A DNA stretch of 64,000 nt from Octopus vulgaris (Eukaryota): assembly GCA_951406725.2 (NCBI GenBank), contig OX597824.1, positions 28,086,001-28,150,000 of the forward strand. The letters are read 5' to 3'. Positions 40,320 through 53,428 of the stretch are shown piece after piece. Position numbers and translations under genes: made by a program. The notes beneath the pieces are model-generated. The model was not told the DNA's origin, searched no databases, and worked only from the letters and a program-made list of their open reading frames with translations. Each line of letters begins with the position of its first letter. The stretch's first letter is position 1.

Positions 40320-41071
40320 GGGGGGTTGTACCAGCTAATGTGTCTTCGTCTATTTTTCCTGGGTTGGCGTGGGGCTATACTAGTATAGGTAATCTTATCT
40401 TTAAAGCCACTGCGGGCCAGGGCCTCGTTGTAATAGGGGGCTGCGGCCTTAAAGATATCTTCCGTGGCGGACAGGCTAGAAATTCTAATTGAGACACTTT
40501 TTACTAGGTTATCTAATATATTTTTGGGGTGGTTGGAATTAATATCTATATATCTAAGGGATTCATTTGGTTTGTGGTACGGGTAATAAAGTGAGGTTTT
40601 TAAGTCGAGGGTGACGTCAAGGAAGTTAGCTTTGGTTAAGTTGGATTCTAAGGTAATCCTAAGGCCTAAGTTTTTAAAGAAGGTGTAAAGATTTTTCCGG
40701 AACCCATCCGTGGTCCTGGGGTTTATTTTGTGGAGGGCGAAAAGGCCGTCATCGCGGTAAAGACCACCGGAGAGGCCTGTGAATAGGGTTTTCAGCCTAT
40801 GGAGGATGAAAAGGCCCACTAGCTCACTTATTTCAGCCGAGTCGCTAGCACCCATGCTGACGTCGAAGGGGGTCACAGATTTTTTGTTGATCCAGTGGGA
40901 TCCGTCGTGGAAAAGAAAAGTCTTACGTGCGTGGAGGATCACATCTTGCTCGGCCTCGGTGATGGTGGAGGACCTCCTGGCGAAGTTAATCGCGTCGATC
41001 AGCAAGCTCTCCGATATGGAGGCGTAGTAATCCTCGATATCCAGTTGTAGGAATCGGGTGTTGCTTTTGTC
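40292..41071 (-). CDS. PLE reverse transcriptase (motif A to thumb); N-terminus missing
   Basis: FLQLDIEDYYASI (motif A), FDVSMGASDSAEISELVG (motif B), GLYRDDGL (catalytic), NFLDVTLDL..YPYHKPN..Y.DINSNHP, then RRRHISWYNPP. Confidence 0.9.
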   Translation of the reverse strand, partial: DKSNTRFLQLDIEDYYASISESLLIDAINFARRSSTITEAEQDVILHARKTFLFHDGSHWINKKSVTPFDVSMGASDSAEISELVGLFILHRLKTLFTGLSGGLYRDDGLFALHKINPRTTDGFRKNLYTFFKNLGLRITLESNLTKANFLDVTLDLKTSLYYPYHKPNESLRYIDINSNHPKNILDNLVKSVSIRISSLSATEDIFKAAAPYYNEALARSGFKDKITYTSIAPRQPRKNRRRHISWYNPPSTVRSLHL

Positions 41072-41208
41072 ATATATGTACATGTATGTGTGTACGCATA
41101 CACACACACATATACATGCATATAAATATGTAGATATGTGTATGTGTTTGTGTGCGCATGTATGTATATGTGTTTATATATATATATAAATACACACACA
41201 CACACATC

Positions 41209-41250
<42 letters not shown>

Positions 41251-41530
41251 CATATACATAAGCGGACACACAGACGCGCGTGCACAAAAAAAACGCACTC
41301 ACACAAACCCGTATATATAAATACCCACATATATGTATACACAAACACACATACACGCACACACACACACACACATATGCATATATGTATGTATATCGAA
41401 CACATTATTGGTCTATTCTATTCTGTAAGACAGAAGAGCACGTTCAAATTACGAACAGTGATTTGGGACTACAAACGTGCTGGTGAACAAGACTTATGAC
41501 TTCGTGTGTGTGTTCGTGTTTAACTGATTT

Positions 41531-41611
<81 letters not shown>

Positions 41612-41644
41612 TTCTGTATCTATATTTATAAATATGTGTGTGTA

Positions 41645-41696
<52 letters not shown>

Positions 41697-41704
41697 AGTA
41701 TATA

Positions 41705-41745
<41 letters not shown>

Positions 41746-41982
41746 TATATTTACATATAAGCATATATGTGCATATACACATGGTAATAGACAGAAACAA
41801 ACACCCACGCACCCACACACACACATGTACACGCAAATACACACACTCACACACAAACATATTTTTCATACCATCTCTGTCTCTCTGTCTTTTTCTCTGC
41901 CCTCTATACTTCCATTCACAAAACTCCACACAACTCCACACCTCTACACCTCTCCCTACATTTCGCATACGCATTTGACTAG

Positions 41983-42832
41983 ACCACCACCACCACCACC
42001 ACCACCACCACCACCACCACCACCACCACCACCACCACCACCACTACCACCACCACCTCGACCTCACCGCTACCTCCACAGCGTATCACCCCACACCCTA
42101 CACACACAACTTACCGCCATTAATTACCAATTCAATATTGACGCAATATAATTGATCTCCCAGAAAGGAAATTGATATTTCCACCTTTCATATATTGTTG
42201 GGTGTCTGGCTGTTGGGTGGCGGTATTAGTAGCGTTGGCTCTGGTGGTAGTAGTGGTGGTGGTGGTGGTGGTGGTGGTGGTGGTGGTGGAAGCAGTTGAG
42301 ATGATAGGTGTTCCGCATGTTAGGTCGGTAAGGTGGAGGGTGATTGGCTTCGACACTCTTGTTATTATTAGCTGTTGATGCTGATGGTACTGCTTCTGCT
42401 GTCGATGATGATGATGAGGAGGAAGTGGAGGAGGAGGAGGAAGGGGATGAGGAAGGTTAGAGGGAAGAGGAGGAGGGGGAAGAGGGGGAAGAAGAGGAAG
42501 AGCAAAGGAGGAGGAGGAAGAGAGAGGAAAGTTGAGGAGGAAGAGGGGAGGAAGAGGAAGAGCTAAGGAGGAGGAGAACGTGGAGGAGGTGGAGGGAGAA
42601 CGAGATGCGGAGGAGGATGAGGGGAATGACTGCAAGGAGATTGACAGTGCTGTAGCTGCTGTTGACGATAATGGTGATTATAATTAGGGTTATGTTGCTG
42701 ATGATGAAGATGATGTTGAGAATGACGATACTGATAATTTTGTGGATGATGACGAAGAAGCAGCTGCTGCTGCTAAAGATGATTTATAATGATGATGATG
42801 ATGATGATGACAATGGCGGGAAGGAGGAAGAT

Positions 42833-42863
<31 letters not shown>

Positions 42864-43190
42864 CGACGACGATGAAGACGATGAGGATGACGATGACGGC
42901 GATGACGACAACGATGATGGTGACTACGATTTTGACGACGGCCATGATGATGATAAATGATGATGACTACGAAAAGGAAGAAAATGATAATAATGTCGAT
43001 GATATTGACAATAATCACGACGTCGATGTTGATGATGATGATGATGATGATGATGATGACGACGATGATGATGATGCTGATGATGAAGACGACGACGACG
43101 ATGATGATCATTATCATGCCGTCATCATTTCAGTGATGATGACGATCATGATGATGATGATGAGGAGGAGGAGGAGGAAGAGGAGGGGAT
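41983..43190. repeat. Trinucleotide low-complexity region: (CCA)n, (GGT)n, (GAG)n, (GAT/GAC)n
   Basis: Direct reading. Confidence 0.9.
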
Positions 43191-45043
43191 ATTGCTGGTT
43201 GTATTGGTATTTGCACAGGCGAAGAAGATGTTAAGGAGCTTATTTCTATCTGCGAAGTCTGTTAGAAATACATGGCGTCCAATATATCTGCTGCGTTGCT
43301 TTTGAAAATCATAATACTGATATTAGTCGTATAAATATCATACTTCTCGCTTAATGACCCAGAGAAAAACTGTAACTAATCCCGTCTAATCACGAATGGC
43401 CGCTACACATTTCTGAAGATTTGACATGTAACATGATTATATGATTTACTTCATATAACTGATAATATTTTTTTGTAAATGACATACGCGTAAGATGAAG
43501 TACATTAAATAGTTTATAGACAATCTCTTCGATTTTGAGCTTTGTTCTCCATATATAGTTTGGGATATACAGAAATGCGGATCCCAGCCAAATATTACAT
43601 GGTACGGGGAAGATAATGAGTTTTCCTCCTCGGTGGTTTTCTCACATAAGGGAATAAGATGTCCAAAATTAATTTGTTGTACAATTTTAATTTCAGTTTC
43701 TTTCTCCCATCTTCCAATCTCTCTCGCCCTCTCCTCCTCTCTTTTCCCCCTCTCTCTTTCTCTGTATGCATATATGTATAAATAAATATATATGTATATA
43801 TATGTGTGTATGTGTGTGTATATGCATATGTATATATATATATAGAGAGAGAGGGAGAGAGGGAACGTATTTAAGTATTTATGTGCATGCAATCATATAC
43901 ATATTTATATGCATACATATACTTATATTTAGAGATAAATAGAGAAGAAAATTCAGATTTGGAGAATGAAAGATAGATAGATGAAGCATTGGATAGACAA
44001 ACGTAGCTTGAGAAAATAAGAGGATATGCAAAACCAAGCTTTTCTGGCGTGCATTTGACAAAGGGACATAACCGTTGCTTATTTTAATAATGAATTGTAG
44101 CATACATAGAATACCCCTACCCCAATAAAAAAAATATGGAATGATTAAAATCATGAAAGGTTTTCAAACAAACACGTGCACATTTAAGCAACAAGAACAA
44201 TACGTATAGCAATTACAATAACAATAACAACTACAACAACAAGTACACGTGTGATGGCAATAAATAAATATAAATATATCAACACATAATTAAACAAAAA
44301 GAAACAAAGAATAAACAGTAACAATGTTGACGCCTATTGAAAACTTTAATGAGGGAAAAAGTCAACAACAATATCAGCGTCATTAAGGGTACAACAGACA
44401 CATCATAAAAGGAAAGAGAAAAAAAAAACGAAACATAGGAAAATATAAATAACCTTAAAATAAAGCTGGGGTGTTTTCGTGGTTGGATGTGATTCCCTGT
44501 TGTTTAGGCTTTTCCCTGTTATTTAGGTTTTTCTTTGAATTCTCCCTGGATTACGTTAATGTCCTTCTAGAGCTTTCAGCTTTAAACAGAGTTTAATTTG
44601 CTCTAGTGCATTGTATTGTTGATTTGATGTTGCAATGATTTTAATTAAGGCATCCACAGTGAATGAAATGTTTTTGGAAGCGTAGAGTGATTAACTGCAG
44701 GTCTGCCACTCCTCGTGTTCATAAGTGATACGAGTCTACATGCATACACACTTATGCGCATGTATGTATATACATATGCACGCACATGAACATTTGCACA
44801 TATACGCACATACATCATATTATATATTATATATATATTATGGGTGAGTGTGCATATGTGTGTGTTTGTATGTGTGTGCCAATATGGTTGTACATATGGT
44901 TGTACAGACGCACACATGATCACATCTAGCGTTACACACGTCCATATATATTTTAATACGTAGATGCGTTTCAAAAATAGAGACATATAGCTATATGTTT
45001 GCATTTACATACAAGCATACCCAATGGCAACACATACACACAA

Positions 45044-45147
<104 letters not shown>

Positions 45148-46591
45148 AAGTCAAATTGTCAGGTCTTTTGAACTATTAAATCGATTATAATACTGTGTTT
45201 TAACAAAATATCTGGATTTACAACTTCGTTTAGAAATAATTAATTACATCGGATGTTGAAGCAAAGCCACCTATATGTAGGTGAGAGTTATTGCCCACTG
45301 AATCGGTTTGTCCACCGAATTACTGAATAATTTCTCCACTTGTTAAGGATGAATTACGATGTCCAGCACGTTCGGTTTCGTTTGAACGTATATTGTGAAA
45401 TGTTGTAGAGTAATACCAAATGAAATTTAGCCAAGAATTGCACTGTAATTCCGAATCCATTGCAATATTGCAAACATCAGTATTGACCAATACTGATGTA
45501 TTAACAGAAATGCTCTTTAGAAAATAACGTTTCTCATAGCCTATACATATCTGCCTGCAGTTAACTAGAACTAAACGCTGTCACAAGTAACTTTCGCAAG
45601 GAAACAACTTATGGATTCGGGTAAATTGTTTGAAAAATGGCAATGTTTTACTAAGTGATTTGCTCTGTAAATCTAAGACTAAAACCACGCGTATTTAAAG
45701 TAAATTCTAAGTCAACTCCACTTAGCACACATCTAAATAAAGTGCCAATAACCCATTTTCTCTTTATATAAGCAAATTAAATCTTTCCAACATACTGGTG
45801 CTACTAACTTTCCCCATGAGAAATTGACTTAATTCATCAGATATTTTTTTACATCCAGTATATTGACTAATTTGTCTCCCTTTCTTTTGCTCTCTCTTTC
45901 TCTCTCTCTCTCTCTCTCATCTCCGTTTCCTTTCTGTGCATTGCAAGCGTGGACAAAAACTACCCTTAAAAACGCTCACACTATCTCTATCACTTTTAAT
46001 TATAATAAATGGCTGATATATATCTTAGTATCTTGCCACTTACTTCCCTTTTACACGTCCAGACTATTCTTTTTTTTTTCTTTTCTATATCTTTCTAAAG
46101 ACCCTATTCATACTCGAATCAGTGTCATATCGTAAACCTACTTCTCACTCCATCTTATTGGTTTTAACGTCTCAGTGTTCTTGCCAGTAACTCATAAAGC
46201 CACTTTCAATTCCTTTCGTACAAAATCCAAATCTAATGTTATATTTCTCTCTTCTTCTCTATTTCTCTCGAGATGTACTTTCTGTTAAAGGGCTCAGTCA
46301 TTCCTTTTGTCTAAAGATTGCACAAATTGTCCATCCATTACGTTAAGTAGGCAGTATTCCACATTCCCAACACAGTGGAGTTTAACGACACCTCACCGAC
46401 TAAATGTTATTATTTTGATATTCTGTCAGCCACACAACATCTTTCTTCTTCAAATTTTCTACTTTCCGAAAAACGTCTGACATCCGAAACGTAATAGTAT
46501 TACATTCAATTCATAACCGTCAAACTAATAAATCGACATCATTCTATAAGCTACATATATATACATATACATATATCTATAGCTAACTATC

Positions 46592-46716
46592 TGGTGTGGC
46601 TGTGTGGTAAAAAGATGCTTCCCAACCGCATGGCTCCGGGAACAGTGCCACTGCCCACCTTGGGCAAACAAAAGCCTTGTGAGTGGATTTGGTAGACGGA
46701 AACTTGAAGATGTTCG

Positions 46717-46754
<38 letters not shown>

Positions 46755-46800
46755 CTCACAAGAGTAAAAAAAAGAGACAGGAACAGGCAGAAACAAGGAA
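46592..46800 (+). mobile_element. SINE family B, diverged fragment
   Basis: ggctgtgtggtaaaagatgcttcccaaccgcatggctccggg...aaagccttgtgagtggatttggtagacggaaac. Confidence 0.7.
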
Positions 46801-46904
46801 AATGCCTTTGTATTTGAATACTATGCAAATATTCATTTGAAAAACTTCTGATTTTATTTTTCCAAAATTTAATTGCTTTCCATACTTAGAGTTGAAAATG
46901 TCAC

Positions 46905-46955
<51 letters not shown>

Positions 46956-46986
46956 TATATATATATATTATATATATTATATATAC

Positions 46987-47290
46987 TGTGATAGCCTGGG
47001 CTTCCGAGGCCCACAGCTCTTCAATATCCTCCCGAAGGACCTAAGAGACCTGCATGGGGTGGATGCAGATGTCTTTAAAATGAAACTGGATCTCTTCTTG
47101 TCAAGTATCCCAGATGAACCAACTTCACGGCAGGAGGTGCAGATGAGGGCAGCTGCATCGAACTCTCTCATGCACCAAATACCAGTTGCTAAAAAGCATT
47201 CGTGAAGTAAAACCATGTAGCAACACCAAATGGCGGTGCCCCAGCATGGCCACAGCTCGTGAGCTGAAACTAGAATAAATCAATCAATCA

Positions 47291-47295
<5 letters not shown>
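46987..47295 (+). mobile_element. CR1/L2-group LINE 3' end (ORF2 C-terminus + 3'UTR + tandem tail), inserted in (TA)n
   Basis: Open frame CDSLGFRGPQLFNILPKDLRDLHGVDADVFKMKLDLFLSSIPDEP..RAAASNSLMHQ* (stop at 47205). 3' stem-loop cagctc-gt-gagctg, then an (AATC)n tail. Confidence 0.85.
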
Positions 47296-47364
<69 letters not shown>

Positions 47365-47378
47365 GTATATATATACAG

Positions 47379-47439
<61 letters not shown>

Positions 47440-48056
47440 CATAGATAGATAGATAGATAGATATAGATATGTGTCTACGTTTCTTTGCAGATAAGAAAAA
47501 AATTAACACGCAATTAAGAGATCATGAATCTAATTTTGAAATGATAAATAATGTTTATTAACCAATAAAATATGAATACGTATATCCACAAATAAAGACT
47601 TCCAAGTTAATTAGTTTGCGAAATTATAAATGGAAAGCATGTTTTCAGCTGTTTTCTTATATCACAAATAATACTATTTTATTTTTTAAAGTCTAGTAGT
47701 TATTGCTATCGATCTCTTTTGCTGAACCGCTCAGACACGGGGACGCAAGCACATAAAAACCAGTTATCAGTTGGTGATGGGGCGACAAACATGATTACCT
47801 GGATAATTATAGATCCAATCATCATCAATAGGTATCTACACACTCATACATTCACACGAAACATTTACACACACACACAGTACTCACAAACACACACACA
47901 CACACAAACACACTCACACACACGTACCACCTCTCCTTTAATTTTCTCTCCCATTTGTACGTAAATTTGATTTATCGATATATAAATATCTATATATTTA
48001 TACTTTAATACACATCGACTAAGAATGAATTTGTTTATACGCATATATATGTGTAT

Positions 48057-48128
48057 GTGTGAAGACTCATGGCTCAGTGGTTAGATCGTCGAGCTTACGA
48101 TCGTGATGTTGTGAGTTCGATTCATGGT
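48057..48128 (+). mobile_element. SINE head D (tRNA-like part only)
   Basis: tggctcagtggttagatcgtcgagcttacgatcgtgatgttgtgagttcgattc; an inverted match to 48700-48768. Confidence 0.65.
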
Positions 48129-48410
48129 CAGTATATACAAACATATGCACATATATATAGAGAGAGGCGCGTAGAGAGACAAGCACAATTAACCACAAGT
48201 AGATTCAGTCATATGTTCGCAAATATATGCTGATCTGTTCTCATAGTAACCTGTATAAACACCAATCAAATTCATTTGTTTCCCAGTTTTCTTTAGTTTG
48301 AATATATTCGATATGACACTTTTTGACCCTCTTCATCCTTATCTCTTGCTGTCACTCACTACAGTTACATACCTAGATATATATCTATACATATATGCAT
48401 ATGTACATTA

Positions 48411-48471
<61 letters not shown>

Positions 48472-48475
<4 letters not shown>

Positions 48476-48768
48476 ACCTTCGCTCATGAATGACAATAGG
48501 ATTGCACCTAGAAAGTTACCCTCCGCGGCACAGGTCCGGGCAAGGTTGTTTTTGGAAGGCGAGCAGTAGCCCACGCATACGAACCTCCCCTTGCCACACC
48601 CTTGCCACTGATGTTATCCAAAACTCGTTTCTACGGCTAAGTTAACTGGAGTAAAATGAAACAAAGTGTCTTGCTCAAGAACACAACACGCAGTCCGGTC
48701 CAGGAATCGAACTCACAATCTCACGATCGTAAGCTCGACGCTCTAGATACTAAGCCATGCGCTTTCAC
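48472..48768 (-). mobile_element. tRNA-derived SINE, head D with a third tail type
   Basis: tRNA-like head at the right end. The tail (RC) ...aaccttgcccggacctgtgccgcggagggtaactttctaggtgcaatcc...tcatgagcgaagg ends in (TA)n. Confidence 0.75.
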
Positions 48769-48933
48769 AGATATATGTGTGCGTGTGTGTGTGTGTCTAT
48801 ACACATACATATATATATATATATTTATACACAAACATACATGCCCACACACACACAGACATGAATCATCTCCCCTTTGATACCACTCACAAAGCCGCAG
48901 TAAAAATGATTGAATCAAGTAAAAGAATAAAAG

Positions 48934-48982
<49 letters not shown>

Positions 48983-48988
<6 letters not shown>

Positions 48989-49193
48989 TATATAGAAGGA
49001 GCTTCTACAGGACTAGTACTGTTTCATTCAAGAGAAATCTTCAGGAAGCTCTGAACATTTGTGCTTCCTGAACATTTCTCTTGAATGAAACAGTACTAGT
49101 CCTGTAGAAGCTCCTTCTATATAATAAATTAATTTTACTCTGCAATGTATTGAGTACCTTACTTACTGTGGTTAACCCCGTATCAACCCGGGA

Positions 49194-49199
<6 letters not shown>
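48983..49199 (+). mobile_element. PLE terminal module (family H1) with inverted duplication and 12-bp spacer, in (TA)n
   Basis: Left arm 48983-49050, spacer ctgaacatttgt, right arm 49063-49199. Confidence 0.8.
49000..49050 (-). ncRNA. Minimal type I hammerhead ribozyme (plus-strand partner 49063-49112 has CUGAACA, G8C)
   Basis: Identical to the 3136-3186 motif. Confidence 0.7.
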
Positions 49200-49261
<62 letters not shown>

Positions 49262-49326
49262 GGCGGTGCTCCAGCATGGCCGCAGTCAAATGACTGAAAC
49301 AAGTAAAGAGTAAAAGAGTAAAAGAG

Positions 49327-49358
<32 letters not shown>

Positions 49359-49384
49359 TATATATTATATCATACCTTTTATCT

Positions 49385-49572
49385 TTTACCTGTTCCAATT
49401 ATTAGACTGCGACTATGGTGGGGCATCCCCATGAATCGACCCCAGTACTTATATCTTAAGGCTTGTACTTCTCCTATCGGCATCTTTTGCCGGACCGGTA
49501 AGTTACGGGGACGAAAACACACAAATCCCGGTTGCCAAGTAGTGAGGGAGCGACAAAAACAGACCCCCCACT
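49385..49572 (-). mobile_element. SINE family B 3' part, diverged
   Basis: atcgaccccagtactt...ctatcggcatcttttgccggaccggtaagttacggggacg. Confidence 0.65.
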
Positions 49573-49608
49573 CATATATATATATATAGATATATATGTG
49601 TGTGTGTG

Positions 49609-49654
<46 letters not shown>

Positions 49655-49677
49655 TCTCTCAGACACCCTTATTTATA

Positions 49678-49733
<56 letters not shown>

Positions 49734-50503
49734 CATATATATGTATGTGTGTGTGTGTGTGTGTGTGTGTTCGGTAGCAAGAGATATACAGGGCAGCGGA
49801 GTATACCTAGCAATTAGTGGTAGTGAAATATTTTGCACCAAAAACTTCAAGAAATTATAGATTGGTTAATGCTAGTATCTGAATCTAATACCGAGAGAAT
49901 AAACACAAACAAATCAAATTTTGACAATGTACAGAAAGAAAAACGTGTGCTCATACATAGTGGTATATCTTCAGCTTCAAATAACCTCGTATTTAATTAG
50001 ATGGCGAACCCTGTGAAAGACTTCATCCCAGAGGAACTGAAGTCTTCGCCATAAAACTGTCTGGAATGTGCTGATGTACCGAAGACCATATCCTTTCATA
50101 TCCAACTGGACAAAATTTTCTTTGGTGATAAAAAAAATGTTTTCGTTATAGTAACAACTTTGCCTCTTCATATACACTCGGTATCAGCATGTATGCTTCT
50201 TAATCAGTTTGCTTCACAATCAGATTTAATGAAGGTTTTTATTCCCAAACGTACTTAACTAATGCTTATATGTATGTTTTATATATGCTAGGAATTCGCT
50301 GGGGCTACCACATATGCCTCTGCCATGCAAGAATAGGCGAAAAAGGCCAAATAGTTTTACATGCTATAAAAGAAATATCAGTGATTTATGGTCGTATGAT
50401 TTGGCAAGTTAAATTATGTTCTTTTTCAAGAACTAACTTTTTTTTTATCTCATATATGTGTGTATGTGTTATGTGTGTGTATATTTAGTGATTGTGTATA
50501 TAC

Positions 50504-50800
50504 GGGCGCAGGAGTGACCATAAGCGCTGCTGTGGTTACATGTCAAGTCATATGGCTCCCTACCATATGGCTCTGGTTTCAGTTCTGTTCTCCAGCACCT
50601 TGGCTCAGTGTCTTCTACTACATCCACGGATCTACCAAACCACCACTTGACAACCGGTCTTCGTTCTTTACGTCCCTCCAGCATAGTGGTTCGGCAAAAG
50701 TGACCGGCTTAAAAAAATAAGTACTGGTTTTTCATTTGTTTCGCTAAACCCTTCAAGGGCTGGGCCCCAGCACGGTCGCTATCCAATGATTCAAAGAAGT
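50504..50800 (+). mobile_element. SINE family B, diverged
   Basis: gggcgcaggagtg...gtgtcttctactac...gtggttcggcaaaagtgaccg...ccccagcacggtcgc. Confidence 0.6.
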
Positions 50801-50825
50801 ATAAAACCAAAGAAATGTACGTAGG

Positions 50826-50906
<81 letters not shown>

Positions 50907-51956
50907 TGTGTGTGTGAGGGTAACGGCCAATCTGAAATGTTGGAGAGGAGACTTGCTCAATGTCCGTTGTATTTCTACAAATCCACAATGCCGTAGTTCT
51001 TCATCACTCATATATGACTAAGCAACTTCTTTCGCTACTTCTATATACAACGTCCACACTATTCATTTCTCCTTCTAAAGCTTACACTCTATCCATTTTC
51101 TCTCTCATTCTTTATGTTCTTCACTCTTTCTCCTTCTCATTCGTCTCTCTTAATTATGTCCCCATTGTATTTCCTCTCTATCATTCTTTAGTTTTTCCTC
51201 TTTTCCCCTCTTTTTTTTTTACTTCTTTCGTTCTCCATATTCTTTCTTTTACACATAACTCCTCTGTTTTTAGTGATAAGTTTCTGTTCATTTTAATAAT
51301 ATTTCTTTCTATTACCATCGCTGTTTTTGTTTCTTTCACCCCATTCCGCCATCATTCGTTTATTCTTTCATTCAACGGCTCTTTTCATTCGTTTCTCATC
51401 ACCCTTTCTCTATTCCCATCTATAAAGTTTCCCTTTTTAATAGCGATACCTCTCCATCCCGCATCCTCCTCTATCTCTATCTACTTAACTCTCCTTCGTT
51501 GTCCTTAGGTTTTCTCCCTATCTCGTTTTCTCTCACATTCGCTTTCATTATCTTTAGTCTTTCCTCTTATAAATTTTTTTTTGTTTGTTTCTTTCTCTTT
51601 TTTTTTTGTTTTTCATTCAAAACTGATTCATATTTGCTGAAAAGAGACGCAAAATCGCGGAAGGATGGTAGACGCCATTCGTTTTACGAATGAAGAACCG
51701 GAAATGGCTAAGGCCGGAAGAAAAGGGTCGCTTGGGACTACGAAAAGATAATTACCAAGATTACACTGGCTTTCAACTGCCGAAAATATAAAGAAAACAT
51801 GATGGTCACACAAACAGTATATGAAGATTAGCTATGTTCCTGAAGGCGGGTTCAGTTTTATAAAGAATATATTAACAACAAAAATGGAAGCTAACCAATA
51901 GATGTAAATATCTGCCGCATGTGTAACTGACTATACATTGAATGTTCATTATATAT

Positions 51957-52035
<79 letters not shown>

Positions 52036-52066
52036 CATATATACATATATATAAATATATATATAC

Positions 52067-52100
<34 letters not shown>

Positions 52101-52734
52101 GCGTGTGTATATATATGTATGTATATATATATATATACGTGGGTGTGTATGTATGTTTATAAACATCGTTTTATATGTAGAAGCATGTGCGTTGTTGTAT
52201 AATGTTTATGTGTGTAGTCGTGTGTATCGGTGCATGGAGGTTGTTATGTTTTAATACGCGTGGCTTTGTGTTCTTATATACGCAGGAATCATGTGTTTAT
52301 GAACATGTGTGTCTCTATATGTAATGTATTCCTCCTTGTGTGTCTGTGTCTGTGTTCGAGAGAAAGAGTGTATTTATTCATAAACTGTTATGTGTACGAA
52401 CTGCGTATAGGGTTGAATATAATGAATGCAACGCGTGCTGCTTCTGTACCTCCCACCTTCGTATATGTAACGTGTGTATTTGCTTCTATGATTAACAAGG
52501 GATCGAACAACAGAAAGAAAATATAATAAAAAAAAGAAAGGAAGGCTCGCAGAAGAAAACAAATATAAAATAAATGCAAAACAAAAAGTCAGTCAGCAGC
52601 AAGACACAAGAACAACAATAACAGCAGCAAAAGATGAAAATGCGAGAAAAATGATAGGAAGAGAAGGAGTTAAAATACGGGGTTTTAAGACAATCAGAAC
52701 AAAAAGTGCAAGACCGAGATCACCGTCAACAACA

Positions 52735-52735
52735 G

Positions 52736-52794
<59 letters not shown>

Positions 52795-53131
52795 ATGATG
52801 ATGATAATGACGACGACGACGACGATGATGACGATGATGATGATGATGATGACGATGATGATGACGACGACGACGACGATGACGATGACGATAATGATGA
52901 TGATGATGATGACGACGACGACGATGATGGGTGGTGGTGGTGGTGGTGGTGGTGGTTGTGGTGGTGGTGATGGTGAGGATAACGATGATGGCGATGATGA
53001 GGTTGATGGTGATGATGAGAGGGAGGAGGAGGAGCAGGGGAAGGCGATGACGACGATGATGATAATGCTGATGACCATAGTGATGTTACAAATAGTACCA
53101 ATATAAATAATGATAATAATAGTGATGATGC

Positions 53132-53173
<42 letters not shown>

Positions 53174-53205
53174 CAACAACAGCAAGAACAGTAACAACAA
53201 CTACT
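52735..53205 (+). repeat. (GAT/GAC/GGT/AAT/AAC)n compound trinucleotide tract
   Basis: Direct reading. Confidence 0.9.
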
Positions 53206-53381
53206 ATGTTGTAAAGAAAGCTGGATTAAGATGTGTGATGAAGTGGAATGGTAAATGAAGAGTAAGATGAAGAAGGAGGAGGAGGTGGAGGAGAAGGGAG
53301 GTTATAAAAGTAGAAGGAGGTTTGAGAGAAACGTGGAGAGTCGAGTGCAGAAGCGAACATAATACCAAACAAAACAAAAAA

Positions 53382-53428
<47 letters not shown>

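Larger units (their letters stand above)
39657..41071 (-). mobile_element. Penelope-like retroelement, Naiad-type, 5'-truncated
   Basis: RT followed by a CxC-x5-C-x5-C Zn finger and a C-terminal GIY-YIG endonuclease. The 5' end breaks into a (TA/CA)n tract. Confidence 0.9.

Noticed and set aside
42132-43234. Poly-D/M/P/S ORFs (also 52593-53200)
   Set aside because: Trinucleotide low-complexity sequence open in several frames, with no domain or splice evidence.
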